From positions 12,957 to 76,956 of the forward strand of contig JAMCPL010000006.1 in the NCBI GenBank assembly GCA_023379675.1: a DNA stretch of 64,000 bases, read 5' to 3'. This document shows, one piece after another, positions 21,596 through 30,609 of this stretch. The stretch comes from Actinomycetota bacterium. GTDB lineage: Bacteria; Actinomycetota; Acidimicrobiia; Acidimicrobiales; JAMCPL01. Within the stretch, counting starts at the first letter, position 1, and every line of letters begins with the position of its first letter. Below the pieces are notes generated by a model. It was not told where the DNA came from and searched no databases. It was given only the letters and a program-made list of their open reading frames with translations. Position numbers and translations under genes: made by a program.

Positions 21596-22067
21596 TCGCA
21601 CTGTCCAGTGCAGACGCTCTGGAAAGTAACTGAATGCCTGACGATGTCGACTTGGTGGATTCGGTCATCAGCTTATGGCTTGGCGGTGAGGATGCCCCTT
21701 TGTAACAGTCGAGCGAGGCTGTATACTCGTCCTTGTAAGCTGCGTGGAGGAGATTGGTGAGAGCCTGATCCGGAGTGGGTAGGTAGCTGTTTGCATGTCT
21801 GGCGTCGATTCCGAGCACTTCACAGGCGGTCCTGATGGCGTTGTTGTCATGTCTGGCCTGGAGCGTGCTGATCCGCTGATTGTCGTTTTCAAGGGTGGTG
21901 CGTGCTTGGGAAAAGAGCGATCCTCTGTCCCAGGCAGCTACCCTGTGTGGCAGCGAACCTGTCATATCTGCACCCGCACAACCAGACAGGAACGTAGAGC
22001 AGGCGGCAAGTATGGTGACGGTCAGTATCAGGGGGAGTTTCGAATACCTGAATATGCCATTAAACAT
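21576..22067 (-). CDS. hypothetical lipoprotein
   Basis: The signal peptide has two candidate lipoboxes (ILAAC, FLSGC). The mature part is helical with no recognisable family. Its 3' end overlaps menD convergently by 20 nt. Confidence 0.5.
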   Translation of the reverse strand: MFNGIFRYSKLPLILTVTILAACSTFLSGCAGADMTGSLPHRVAAWDRGSLFSQARTTLENDNQRISTLQARHDNNAIRTACEVLGIDARHANSYLPTPDQALTNLLHAAYKDEYTASLDCYKGASSPPSHKLMTESTKSTSSGIQLLSRASALDSAITHSTN

Positions 22068-22154
22068 AATTAAACATAGCAGTAACTATAACGGCGAATA
22101 CAACGATTGATTATTGCGCGAGCGAGCACGTATTCCGACGATCTTGTCTGGTGC

Positions 22155-22529
22155 TTATACGATTGTACTTTTTTCCTCTATGATCCTCCTCGGAACATCG
22201 CCCCACAGGTCTTCTATATCGTAAAAAGCTCGTGTTTCCCGGTCAAATATATGTACGATTACGTCACCGTAGTCCATCAGCACCCACTTGCAATCATCCA
22301 ACCCCTCCACTTGAACGGGATGGGACCCAGTAGCCTGCCTGACGCAACGTTCCACTTCGTCTGTAACAGCCCGTACCTGCCGGGCATTCCTTGCGCTTGT
22401 AACTATGAACGTATCTGCCAGATACGAAACTTCTCCCATTTCCATTATCACTACGGAATCTTCAGTTTTCCCGGCTGCCGCCTTCGCAGCAACCATGGCG
22501 GTACCCGCCACCTTCAAAAGGTCAGCCAT
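22155..22529 (-). CDS. rsfS: ribosome silencing factor RsfS (iojap-like)
   Basis: Core ADTFIVTSARNARQVRAV...WVLMDYGDVIVHIF. The start at 22529 overlaps the nadD stop by 8 nt, and the upstream ORF extension to 22688 lies inside nadD. Confidence 0.85.
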   Translation of the reverse strand: MADLLKVAGTAMVAAKAAAGKTEDSVVIMEMGEVSYLADTFIVTSARNARQVRAVTDEVERCVRQATGSHPVQVEGLDDCKWVLMDYGDVIVHIFDRETRAFYDIEDLWGDVPRRIIEEKSTIV

Positions 22530-23187
22530 CGTATAATCCTTTCTCCTTGATGAAACGCTCCACGCTTCTCGGAACCATTCCGGTAATGGGCAAACCGCCA
22601 GCCACCCGTTCCCTGATATCGCTACTTGATATATCTGCAAAAGGAATGGATACCTCGATGATCTCGAAACCCATTGATTCCAGCTCATCGAGCCGCCGCT
22701 TATTCCAAGTTGCAGTGGTAGGTCCGCATCCCGGCTCGAGTGTGCGTTGCTTGGGTACCGCCTGCATCCTCCTCGTTACCACAGCCAATCTGGACAGCGA
22801 TATCACCTTGTCCACATACTCCCATGTATGGATATCAGCCGCTACATCCGTCCCAACCACCAGAACCAGTTCCGCTTGCGGGAATGCTCGACGCAGAGCC
22901 GCCAAAGTATCGGCGGTATAGCTGGAGCCTCCCCTGTCAATCTCCATACGGCTCGCCTCCACGCAAGCAAGGGAGGCGGCCCATTCTCCATCCGCCAGTG
23001 CTGCTTCCACCATGGCAAACCTGTCTTCGGCATCAGTCAATTTGTGGTGGTCAACCTTCTGCCAGGGTATACCAGCGACCACCATGAGCAGTTTGTCCAG
23101 CGACAACTGCCTGCCTACTTCCCTGGCTGCTACCAAGTGACCGTTGTGTACCGGATCGAAAGTTCCGCCGAACACCCCTATCCTCAT
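22522..23187 (-). CDS. nadD: nicotinate-nucleotide adenylyltransferase
   Basis: N-terminal GVFGGTFDPVHNGH (HxGH nucleotidyltransferase motif) and C-terminal ISSSDIR. Confidence 0.9.
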   Translation of the reverse strand: MRIGVFGGTFDPVHNGHLVAAREVGRQLSLDKLLMVVAGIPWQKVDHHKLTDAEDRFAMVEAALADGEWAASLACVEASRMEIDRGGSSYTADTLAALRRAFPQAELVLVVGTDVAADIHTWEYVDKVISLSRLAVVTRRMQAVPKQRTLEPGCGPTTATWNKRRLDELESMGFEIIEVSIPFADISSSDIRERVAGGLPITGMVPRSVERFIKEKGLYDG

Positions 23188-23500
23188 CTACTACTGCTCC
23201 ATGCCATTGCTGTTCAGGGGAGTGGTCCTTGACGGCTGCCTGGCAGGCCAGCGACATCCAAATCGACATCCAAGAAGCCGGCTACGACGCTGGTGGCGCA
23301 AACGGAAAGCTGCATGGCGCTGATATATGCTTGGATACATGCCTGCCTGCATGTGTAGCGGTTCATTTAAGTACCAACTCATATCCTATCGCCGATCCCG
23401 AAATAGCCAAGTAAAACATTATCCTGCAGTTGCCACTGGATGGACCCGATTGCAAGGAAAGCTGCATTGCCCCAGTATAACGCATCTTGGGCATTTCTGA

Positions 23501-23760
23501 TCCTTCTCCAACTTCGAGTTGGCATGGAAGTACCTAAAGGCACTTGTCGAGGATGATGGCAGTATCGTGGCCAGTCCAAAAGCCGTCCTCGTGAGGCTGC
23601 CCGTCATGGGATCATAGATAATCCGGAGCTTTGGTTCGAGCTACTGCGAGCACGCAACCTGGCCGTTCGCGCATACGTAGAGGCCGTGGCGAGCCAAGAC
23701 TACGAAACAATTGAGCGGAAGTTTGTTGACGCATTTGCGACCTTCGTCGATCAAGATCAG
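23501..23760 (+). pseudogene. frameshifted remnant of an HI0074-type HEPN (nucleotidyltransferase substrate-binding) gene
   Basis: One frame reads FELAWKYLKALVEDDGSIVASPKAVL, then near 23585-23592 the match continues in another frame as REAARHGIIDNPELWFELLRARNLAVRAY. There is an in-frame stop at 23498 just upstream, and the RNxxxH His is replaced by Arg. Confidence 0.5.
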
Positions 23761-23768
23761 GATGAGGA

Positions 23769-24341
23769 TCAGGAGTCATGCCGCCCTCGAACGATGATGC
23801 ATTCTTTTCCGGTCGTTACGCACTCGTGCTGCAGTAGCCAGGACTTGCGTTCTGATCCATAAGCGTAGGCACCTACCGTGCTGTTAGCAGGTACAGCACG
23901 GTGGCATGGTATGAAAATGGCTATCTTGTTCCTGGCGCAAGCGGAACCGGCTGCCCGCTGCGCTCTCGGATTGCCGGCGAGCGCAGCCAATCCTTTATAC
24001 GATTCAGTCTGACCCGGTGGGATAAGGGAGAGGGCATGTAGCACGCGGGCAGCAAAGGGCGGTCCTGGCTGCATGACGGACATGCTGGCAGTTGCCGCCA
24101 GTTCTCCATCCATGTAAGCTTGTATGGCAAGCAGTGCCTGGTGTGCAGGAGCGTCCCTTATGGGTGAGTGACGCCTGGATGTATCCAGCAATGGAGTAAG
24201 GAGCTGGGCGTTTTCGACAAACCCTGCCGCAAGGACGCAATCATCATCTGCCAGGATACTGAACGGACCGCATGGAGTGGGGAGAGTGCAACCGGCAATA
24301 GTGGCTAGGCTCGTCACGACGCTGTCCATACTCATACTCAC
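23769..24341 (-). CDS. ogt: methylated-DNA--protein-cysteine methyltransferase
   Basis: Active-site IPCHRAV followed by the GAYAYG-type motif. 190 aa. Confidence 0.85.
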   Translation of the reverse strand: MSMSMDSVVTSLATIAGCTLPTPCGPFSILADDDCVLAAGFVENAQLLTPLLDTSRRHSPIRDAPAHQALLAIQAYMDGELAATASMSVMQPGPPFAARVLHALSLIPPGQTESYKGLAALAGNPRAQRAAGSACARNKIAIFIPCHRAVPANSTVGAYAYGSERKSWLLQHECVTTGKECIIVRGRHDS

Positions 24342-24383
24342 AATACCATAGGTCTGGTGGTGTGGTGGTGTTCGGAGCCGGCC

Positions 24384-25682
24384 TCAGCGGTGGCCCATGT
24401 CGCTGGCAGTACCGCCCTCCTCTGGATACAGGGTCTCGGAGGCGAGTGGGTACTCGTGGTGTCGTTGGGCAAGGGAAACAACTGCTGCGGCAAGTAGCAA
24501 CCCTACTGACAGGCTGAGTCCAACCTTTAAACCAGCTGGTCCATCAGATAGTACGCCGGCGAGTATGGGGCCAAGGCTCTGGCCCACAGCAAAAGCGACC
24601 GTCAGTCCAGCAATTGCTGGAGTCCAATGGTGTGGCCGGAGTGAGCGGCGGGCAACTGTAGTGACCGCGGTGACAACTGATAGGAATGATCCTCCAAAAA
24701 GCAGCGCCGATCCTATGCTCGCTGCCGGTGATCGGGATACGAGCGGTAACAGCGTCCCGCCGGCGAGCACGGCCAGCACCGTGGCGGTCCCTCTTCCTCC
24801 ACGCAACCTGGTGATTGGCGGCGCCCACACGAAGGCACCGGCAATCGAGGCCGTGCCGAGCACGACCCAGAAGGCCGTGATCCCCCCTGAGCCCGTACCT
24901 TGACCCTTCAGGAAAGCAACAATGAAGGTCATGTAGGCTATATAGCCCGCCCCGAAAAGACCGTAAGAGATCAACACCGGTCCGAGATGCCGGGCAGGCC
25001 AGTGCCTGTCAGCACGAGGGGGAGCCGGCGGCTCGGCGCTGGCCAGAGCTATAGGGGTTGCGATCGCGAAGGCCACGGCACCGAGCCCCGCGAGTAGGAC
25101 CCATCCTAACCGCCAGCCGTCTGCGAGGCCTGTGGTGGCAAGAAGGTACGGGACCGCAAGGCCTGACGCGACGATCGCCGCCCCGCCTCCGGCAAAGTAG
25201 ATGCCGAGCAGCATGGCTGCCCGGTGAGGGGAGGTGGCCTGAGTGGCCGGCGCGGCTGTGGCGACGAGCCCGGCCCCTGCGATGAAGGTAACCGCCCCAG
25301 ATGCTCCGGCGACGGCGCGCAAGGCGACCAGCACCAATGTGTTGCCGGTAGCACCCGTGGTGAGAAGTGCGAGCACGGTGACCCCGAAGCTGGCGACGAA
25401 GACCCGGCGCGTCCCGTAACGGCGAGCGGCGACCGCTGCCAGGAGTGCCCCGGCAAGGTACCCGAGGGCGTTCGCGGTGTTCATCGCACCGGCGGTGGCA
25501 AACGACCAGTGCAGATCGGCACGCATCGAGGGAAGTAGCAAGGCATAGTCGAAGCGAGCCAGGCCGATCGCGACCGCGGGTCCGAGCGCCAAGCCGAGAG
25601 CAATCCCCAGGCCGTGGGGAAGCCTCGATTTTCCAAGCCATGGCAACCGCCAAACCATCGGGCTGGATACGCTCCTAGTCAC
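24384..25682 (-). CDS. MFS transporter (YbfB/YjiJ-like)
   Basis: 432 aa with about 12 hydrophobic segments. It overlaps the upstream TetR gene stop by 4 nt. Confidence 0.8.
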   Translation of the reverse strand: MTRSVSSPMVWRLPWLGKSRLPHGLGIALGLALGPAVAIGLARFDYALLLPSMRADLHWSFATAGAMNTANALGYLAGALLAAVAARRYGTRRVFVASFGVTVLALLTTGATGNTLVLVALRAVAGASGAVTFIAGAGLVATAAPATQATSPHRAAMLLGIYFAGGGAAIVASGLAVPYLLATTGLADGWRLGWVLLAGLGAVAFAIATPIALASAEPPAPPRADRHWPARHLGPVLISYGLFGAGYIAYMTFIVAFLKGQGTGSGGITAFWVVLGTASIAGAFVWAPPITRLRGGRGTATVLAVLAGGTLLPLVSRSPAASIGSALLFGGSFLSVVTAVTTVARRSLRPHHWTPAIAGLTVAFAVGQSLGPILAGVLSDGPAGLKVGLSLSVGLLLAAAVVSLAQRHHEYPLASETLYPEEGGTASDMGHR

Positions 25683-26254
25683 TGCGGCTGGTACGCGTCG
25701 ATAATCATCGCAGCCAAGCGCCGGGCGTCTGTCGCTGCAGCGAGGTCGCCGTCGACAGTCACCCGGGCGTTCGCGCCGTCGACGAGGAGCATCAGGTCTG
25801 AACCCAGACGCAATGGATCGGTGAATCCGGCTTCGGCAGCGAGCCCAGCGAGGTACTCGCGCATCCAGCGCTTGTGGTGGCGGGCCACATCCCGAGCCGG
25901 GTGCCCCGGGCCGGCAACCTCAGCGGCGGCATTCACAAACGCGCATCCCCGTTTTCCCTCCCCACTTGCATGTAACAGGGCCAACCAGTCGAAGACTGCA
26001 AGGAGGCGTTCACGTGGACCGTCAGCGTGTGCCCGCACCCACGCGTCCAGTGTCGCCACTCGCTCGGCGTGGCGCCGTTCGAGCACCGCGGCAACGAGAT
26101 CGTCCTTGGAGCGGAAGTGCGCGTATAGCGTCGGCTTGGACACTCCTGCACGTGCCACGACCTTGTCCACTCCTGTCGCAGTGATGCCCTCCGCGTAGAA
26201 CAGCTCGTCGGCGGTGTCAAGTAGCCGTGCGTGGGTGATATCAGAAGAACTCAC
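25679..26254 (-). CDS. TetR family transcriptional regulator
   Basis: N-terminal HTH GITATGVDKVVARAGVSKPTLYAHFRSKDDL. GTG start, first gene of a two-gene unit with the MFS transporter. Confidence 0.9.
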   Translation of the reverse strand: MSSSDITHARLLDTADELFYAEGITATGVDKVVARAGVSKPTLYAHFRSKDDLVAAVLERRHAERVATLDAWVRAHADGPRERLLAVFDWLALLHASGEGKRGCAFVNAAAEVAGPGHPARDVARHHKRWMREYLAGLAAEAGFTDPLRLGSDLMLLVDGANARVTVDGDLAAATDARRLAAMIIDAYQPQ

Positions 26255-26260
26255 TCACCT

Positions 26261-26289
26261 ATACTGACAGGTCAGTAAACCAATGTCAA
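26261..26289 (-). promoter_or_regulatory. candidate promoter (TTGACA-17-CAGTAT) with embedded perfect palindrome TACTGAC-AG-GTCAGTA; predicted leaderless tetR transcript
   Basis: On the minus strand, TTGACA is at 26289-26284 and CAGTAT at 26266-26261 with a 17-nt spacer. The palindrome at 26262-26277 overlaps the -10 and spacer. The GTG start at 26254 lies 7 nt after the -10. Confidence 0.45.
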
Positions 26290-26660
26290 GTCACCACGAC
26301 TGGATTGCGGGATATTGGTGGTCCGTTCCGTAACCAGCGTGATGGTATCCAGTAGAGCAAGGGCGTTATTTGGCTAGGATATGCAACAGTCCTGCTTGTG
26401 CTTGTAATGATCCGGTGAACTGTACGGAGCCAGGACGACCGTTGGTCGTAATCGCTTGACTCATCGCACTCAGGATAGGCTATACACTACTTACTGATGT
26501 GATTGGCTGATGTATAGGTGATGGACAGGTTACAGATGCCAGCTGGCTGCAATAGTTGGCACCGCTCGCGATGCTCAAACGGAGAAGTTGGCCGCGGACA
26601 GAGTGCAGTCAGTCGAGAGGGGATTCAGCAGCCTGCGGGAGATCGCATCAACAACCAGAG

Positions 26661-27128
26661 TCAGCGTTCGAACGTACCAACTATCCGGTTCTGCTCAATG
26701 ATGTGATCGTCGATCAGCGCCAGAAGTTCGGTCCTGGATAGCCCCGCCGCAGCATCGACCGGTGCATCCAAGGCGTAGACGTGGAAGAAATAGTGATGCC
26801 TGCCATGACCTGGAGGCGGTGCGGGCCCCCCGTATCCCTCCCGGCCGAAATCGGCGATGCCCTGCTTGAAGGTTCCGCCTCCGTTCTCCGGGATGACCGT
26901 CGTTTGGGCGGGGATCCCATAAAGCACCCAGTGGGTGAAACCATCGGTGAGGGGCGCATCTGGATCGTGGCAGATGATGGCGAGTTCCACCGTACCAGGC
27001 GGGACGTTTGCCAGTCGCAATTCCGGCGATATATCTGCACCTTCTGCTGAGTGATCCTTGGGAATGGGCCCGCCATGCTTGAACGCGGGAGAAGTGATCT
27101 CAATATTGCCTAGATGAAATTTACCCAT
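26661..27128 (-). CDS. YbhB/YbcL family Raf-kinase-inhibitor-like (PEBP) protein
   Basis: Motifs CHDPDAP...THWVLYGIP...GYGGPAPPPGHGRHHYFFHVYALD. The conserved start MGKFHLG is at 27128, and the ORF extension to 27338 is not supported. Confidence 0.85.
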   Translation of the reverse strand: MGKFHLGNIEITSPAFKHGGPIPKDHSAEGADISPELRLANVPPGTVELAIICHDPDAPLTDGFTHWVLYGIPAQTTVIPENGGGTFKQGIADFGREGYGGPAPPPGHGRHHYFFHVYALDAPVDAAAGLSRTELLALIDDHIIEQNRIVGTFER

Positions 27129-27479
27129 GAGCTGACTCCCTTGACTATCTGTTAACGTTACGCAAATATTTTGAGACAACATCGCGCCGCACGGACAGCC
27201 GTTACTTATGGGCACGGACCCAATAGCTATCCGGTCGGCTGGTTGTACCAGAACAGATACTAGTACCGAGGGCGCCCGATCGCAAGGTGTACTGGCACAA
27301 GATACGTCGTGATCAAATGTTCCCGGGAACACCGTCACGGGTGCGGACCATGTCTTGCCACCATTGGCAGTAAAGGTTACATCCGCAATATTTACTACGC
27401 ATAGTATCCAGCATCGTAGGTGGCGTAGTTAGGGCCAGAAGTAACCATTCAGGTACCCCGATGCTGTGCTGGTTGTCAT

Positions 27480-28400
27480 TGATCACGGCATACGTGCAAG
27501 GGTGCATTTTGTTGCTCTGACCTGGTCTTCGCGCGTATCGCGCGAATATCTACCACTGTCCGCGCGATGTGTGATAGACAGTAGGACATGGCAGATAGGG
27601 CTGGACCACTTTATTGACTCCTGCGCCGCCAGATACGTGCCAGCCCTGTCGTGCACTTCGACAAGACGCCGATCCGTGTCCGGGTTGGCCAAGCACTACA
27701 TCCATGTCGCCTGCACAGGGATGCTCACCTTGTTGCACGCGTAACTGACCCGTGGGCCCAATGCCGTCGAACGGCTAGGCGTGCTCCCCGGCTACAAGGG
27801 CACTGCGATCCACGACCGGCTCGCCATGTACTTCAACTACACCGGTGCACGTCATGGAGTATGCGGGGCTCATCTCATCCGCAATCTCACCTCGGTGGCG
27901 GTTGTGTGGAACCAGACCGAGTGGGCAGAGGCCATGATCGCTTCGCTTATCGAGATGAAACGTGCCGCTGAGGACGCCCGGGCAGCCGGCAAGAAGCGCC
28001 TTAGTGCCAAGGTGTTTGCCTCCTTCTCGAAGCTTCCGATCAGAATCGTTGAGCTGGGACAAGACGGCCAATCCCGAGCCGACCTGGCGCAAGCGGGACT
28101 ACGTAGAGAAGGAGTCCTACAACCTCGCCTTGGCGCTACGCGACTTGAAGACAGAGGTTACGTTATTTGCGAAGGACCTCCGTGTCCCGTTCTCCAACAA
28201 CCAAGCCGAGTCTGATCTGCGGATGGCCAACTCGGCAGAAGATCTCTGGATCGTTCCGGGCTGCCGTTGGTGCGAAACGCCTAGCCAGGGAACGCTTCTA
28301 CATCTCGAGGCTGCCAAGCACGGCATCGACGCGATGGATGTCTTGACTGCTCTGTTCGCCTGCGCACCCTGGAAGACGGCGACACCGATGCGCATCTGAT
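27480..28400 (+). mobile_element. IS66-family transposase remnant, multiply frameshifted
   Basis: The pieces VVHFDKTPIRV, HYIHVACTGMLTLLHA, LPGYKGTAIHDRLAMYFNY...CGAHLIRNL and RVPFSNNQAESDLRMA lie in three different frames. Nt 27783-28150 are about 90% identical to 63612-64000. Confidence 0.75.
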
Positions 28401-28488
28401 CGCACCATCGCTACCGAGCTCCCCGCTTCGCTATCATCCGCTCTGACCCGCTGGCGCGGACAGTTGCAGCATCAGGGTACCTGAATGA

Positions 28489-28995
28489 TTACTCTACAAG
28501 GTACCTACCAGGTGGTATGTAGATGATGCCACCGCCCTGGGATTGGCCGATCAGGGCCGGGTCGTTCTGCAATGCCGCTTCGATCGCATTGTTGATCGCA
28601 GTGGAGGAGTCATTGACCCCAGTGGGATCAGCTCCGTAGGCAATGACATTGAATACGGTGCCACCCATGTCAAACGTCCTGCCGGTAACGGCAAGGCCGG
28701 CGATGGATTCCCCGTATACGGCTCCTTGGAAGGTAGCATTGCCCGCACCGTCATCAAGGGTGTTCTTGAGGGTGGAAACGGTTCCCGTACAGTTGGTGAC
28801 CAGGAGGGTCAAACCGTCTGAGGTGAATGAAGCAAACGATCCGGTGTCTGTTCCCAATGGGTCGGAGCTATTGATGGTGACCTCACCATTGTCATAGACA
28901 TAGACACTTTCAGGTGAAGCCGGTGTGGTATCCACTGTGACGCTTCCGGCTGTCACGATGTTCCCGGCAGCGTCGATGGTCGTTTCCAGGGTCAT
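28489..28995 (-). pseudogene. 3'-truncated gene for a pectate-lyase-fold (right-handed beta-helix) protein
   Basis: The ORF ends ...FNVIAYGADPTGVNDSSTAINNAIEAAL...GGGIIYIPPGRYLVE*. That is the very beginning of a Pectate_lyase_3 / tailspike-like beta-helix domain, which normally continues for hundreds of residues. The stop lies 89 nt from the IS66 remnant. AGGAGA lies upstream of the ATG at 28995. Confidence 0.45.
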
Positions 28996-29252
28996 AACCC
29001 ATCTCCTGGATAGTTGGAGAGACTGGGTAGTTATCCAGTACATATATTGCATTCGTTCGACAAGGACACCCAGAAGCATCAACCGTGTGACTCAAGCGAC
29101 AGTTGTCTTACCCCATGTTCACCCTATGCCTATCCAATGACCATACTCTTTGTCTCTCTTCAAGTCAATGGGGACACAGGTTGCTGGAACGTCTGCGACG
29201 CGGCTTCCTTCGACTCGCTGCTCTTCCTGCAAGCCGCTCAGCTACAGGCGAT

Positions 29253-29690
29253 TCAGCTATAGGTGGTATGCTCATGGAGCGATGCGAGCCTGTCTCCCAC
29301 CGCATCAAGGATGCGCTGGGAATCGATGAGTACAGACAGATTGCCCTTCACCTTGATCGTACCAGCAGCAAGAGCCTGGGCAACCGTCAACTTGCTGGTA
29401 GACATAGCCACCGCATCTGCCCAGTTCATCTTAACGGCTACGTCCTCTTTGATTGAACCGGCTGTGCTTGCGGCGGCATCATGGCTGACGATTTCCATGT
29501 GGATGCCGGTACCACCTATTGTCAGCATGACGTGCAGATCGCCTTCTGGCGAGCCAGCTATGACCTGGAGCAGGTGAATGGGACCCGCCTGCGTCGACAG
29601 CGACTGATCAGCGCCTGACAGATCCAAATCAAATCCTGACAGGTGGTCATTGAATGCATCGATCCATTCAGGAGACAGGAAACGCATCAT
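29253..29690 (-). CDS. SCP2 sterol-binding-domain protein
   Basis: 145 aa with FLSPEWIDAFN at the N-terminus and KLTVAQALAAGTIKVKGNLSVL at the C-terminus, typical of the SCP-2 family. Confidence 0.6.
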   Translation of the reverse strand: MMRFLSPEWIDAFNDHLSGFDLDLSGADQSLSTQAGPIHLLQVIAGSPEGDLHVMLTIGGTGIHMEIVSHDAAASTAGSIKEDVAVKMNWADAVAMSTSKLTVAQALAAGTIKVKGNLSVLIDSQRILDAVGDRLASLHEHTTYS

Positions 29691-29763
29691 CTACCTGTGC
29701 CCGTAATGAATGCATTGGGTGAACCTCCCGCACTTGACGATGGGAGTTGCGGCCGCGTTCGGC

Positions 29764-30609
29764 TCAAGACTTCCCTTCATCATCTATTGCAGTTGCCGGT
29801 AGCCGGTCCAGAGCGGTAGGAGCCACCTGGGCTGGTGCAAGCGCGTATACCTGATCAACCGTATATTTGACCTTTCGCCTGATCTTCCTGCCCAGCCATG
29901 CAATGGGGTCGTACGACGAATCCACCACTCTTTCCTTGAGAGGTATGATGGCGTTGTCCGTGATCTTGATGTGCTCGGGGCATACTTCTGTGCAACACTT
30001 CGTGATATTGCAGAATCCCAGCCCCAGATGTTGGCGGGCGAGCTCTCTGCGATCCACGGTGTCGAGTGGATGCATATCAAGAGATGCAAGTCTCACGAAG
30101 AATCGCGGTCCAGCATAGTAAAGCTTGTTAACTTCATGGTCACGGATCACATGGCAGACATCCTGGCAGAGAAAACATTCTATGCACTTATGGAACTCTT
30201 GGGCACGATCAATGTCGACTTGTTGCATCCTGTAAGTACCGTCAGGCTCGGGGTCGCCGGGGGTGAAAGGTGGTATCTGGCGTGCCATGACGTAGTTGAA
30301 CGAAACATCGGTGACCAGATCTCGGATGATCGGGAAGGTCTTCATGGGAGTGATCGTGATCTTGTCGTTGGGGAGGGTATCCATCCTGGTCATGCACATA
30401 AGGCTGGGCTTTCCGTCAATTTCTGCAGAGCAGGATCCACATTTGCCCGCCTTGCAGTTCCACCTGCAGGCGAGATCAGGTGCGAGCGTTGCCTGGATCC
30501 GGTGTACTACATCCAGTACCACCTCACCTTCGACTCGTTCCAGATTGTAGTCGAAGAAGGAGCCGCCGGAGGAATCTCCTCTCCAGATACTCATGGTTAC
30601 TTCAGTCAT
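29764..30609 (-). CDS. sdhB: succinate dehydrogenase/fumarate reductase iron-sulfur subunit
   Basis: 2Fe-2S motif CRWNCKAGKCGSCSAEIDG...MC, and cluster motifs CIECFLCQDVC and CNITKCCTEVCP. Confidence 0.9.
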   Translation of the reverse strand: MTEVTMSIWRGDSSGGSFFDYNLERVEGEVVLDVVHRIQATLAPDLACRWNCKAGKCGSCSAEIDGKPSLMCMTRMDTLPNDKITITPMKTFPIIRDLVTDVSFNYVMARQIPPFTPGDPEPDGTYRMQQVDIDRAQEFHKCIECFLCQDVCHVIRDHEVNKLYYAGPRFFVRLASLDMHPLDTVDRRELARQHLGLGFCNITKCCTEVCPEHIKITDNAIIPLKERVVDSSYDPIAWLGRKIRRKVKYTVDQVYALAPAQVAPTALDRLPATAIDDEGKS

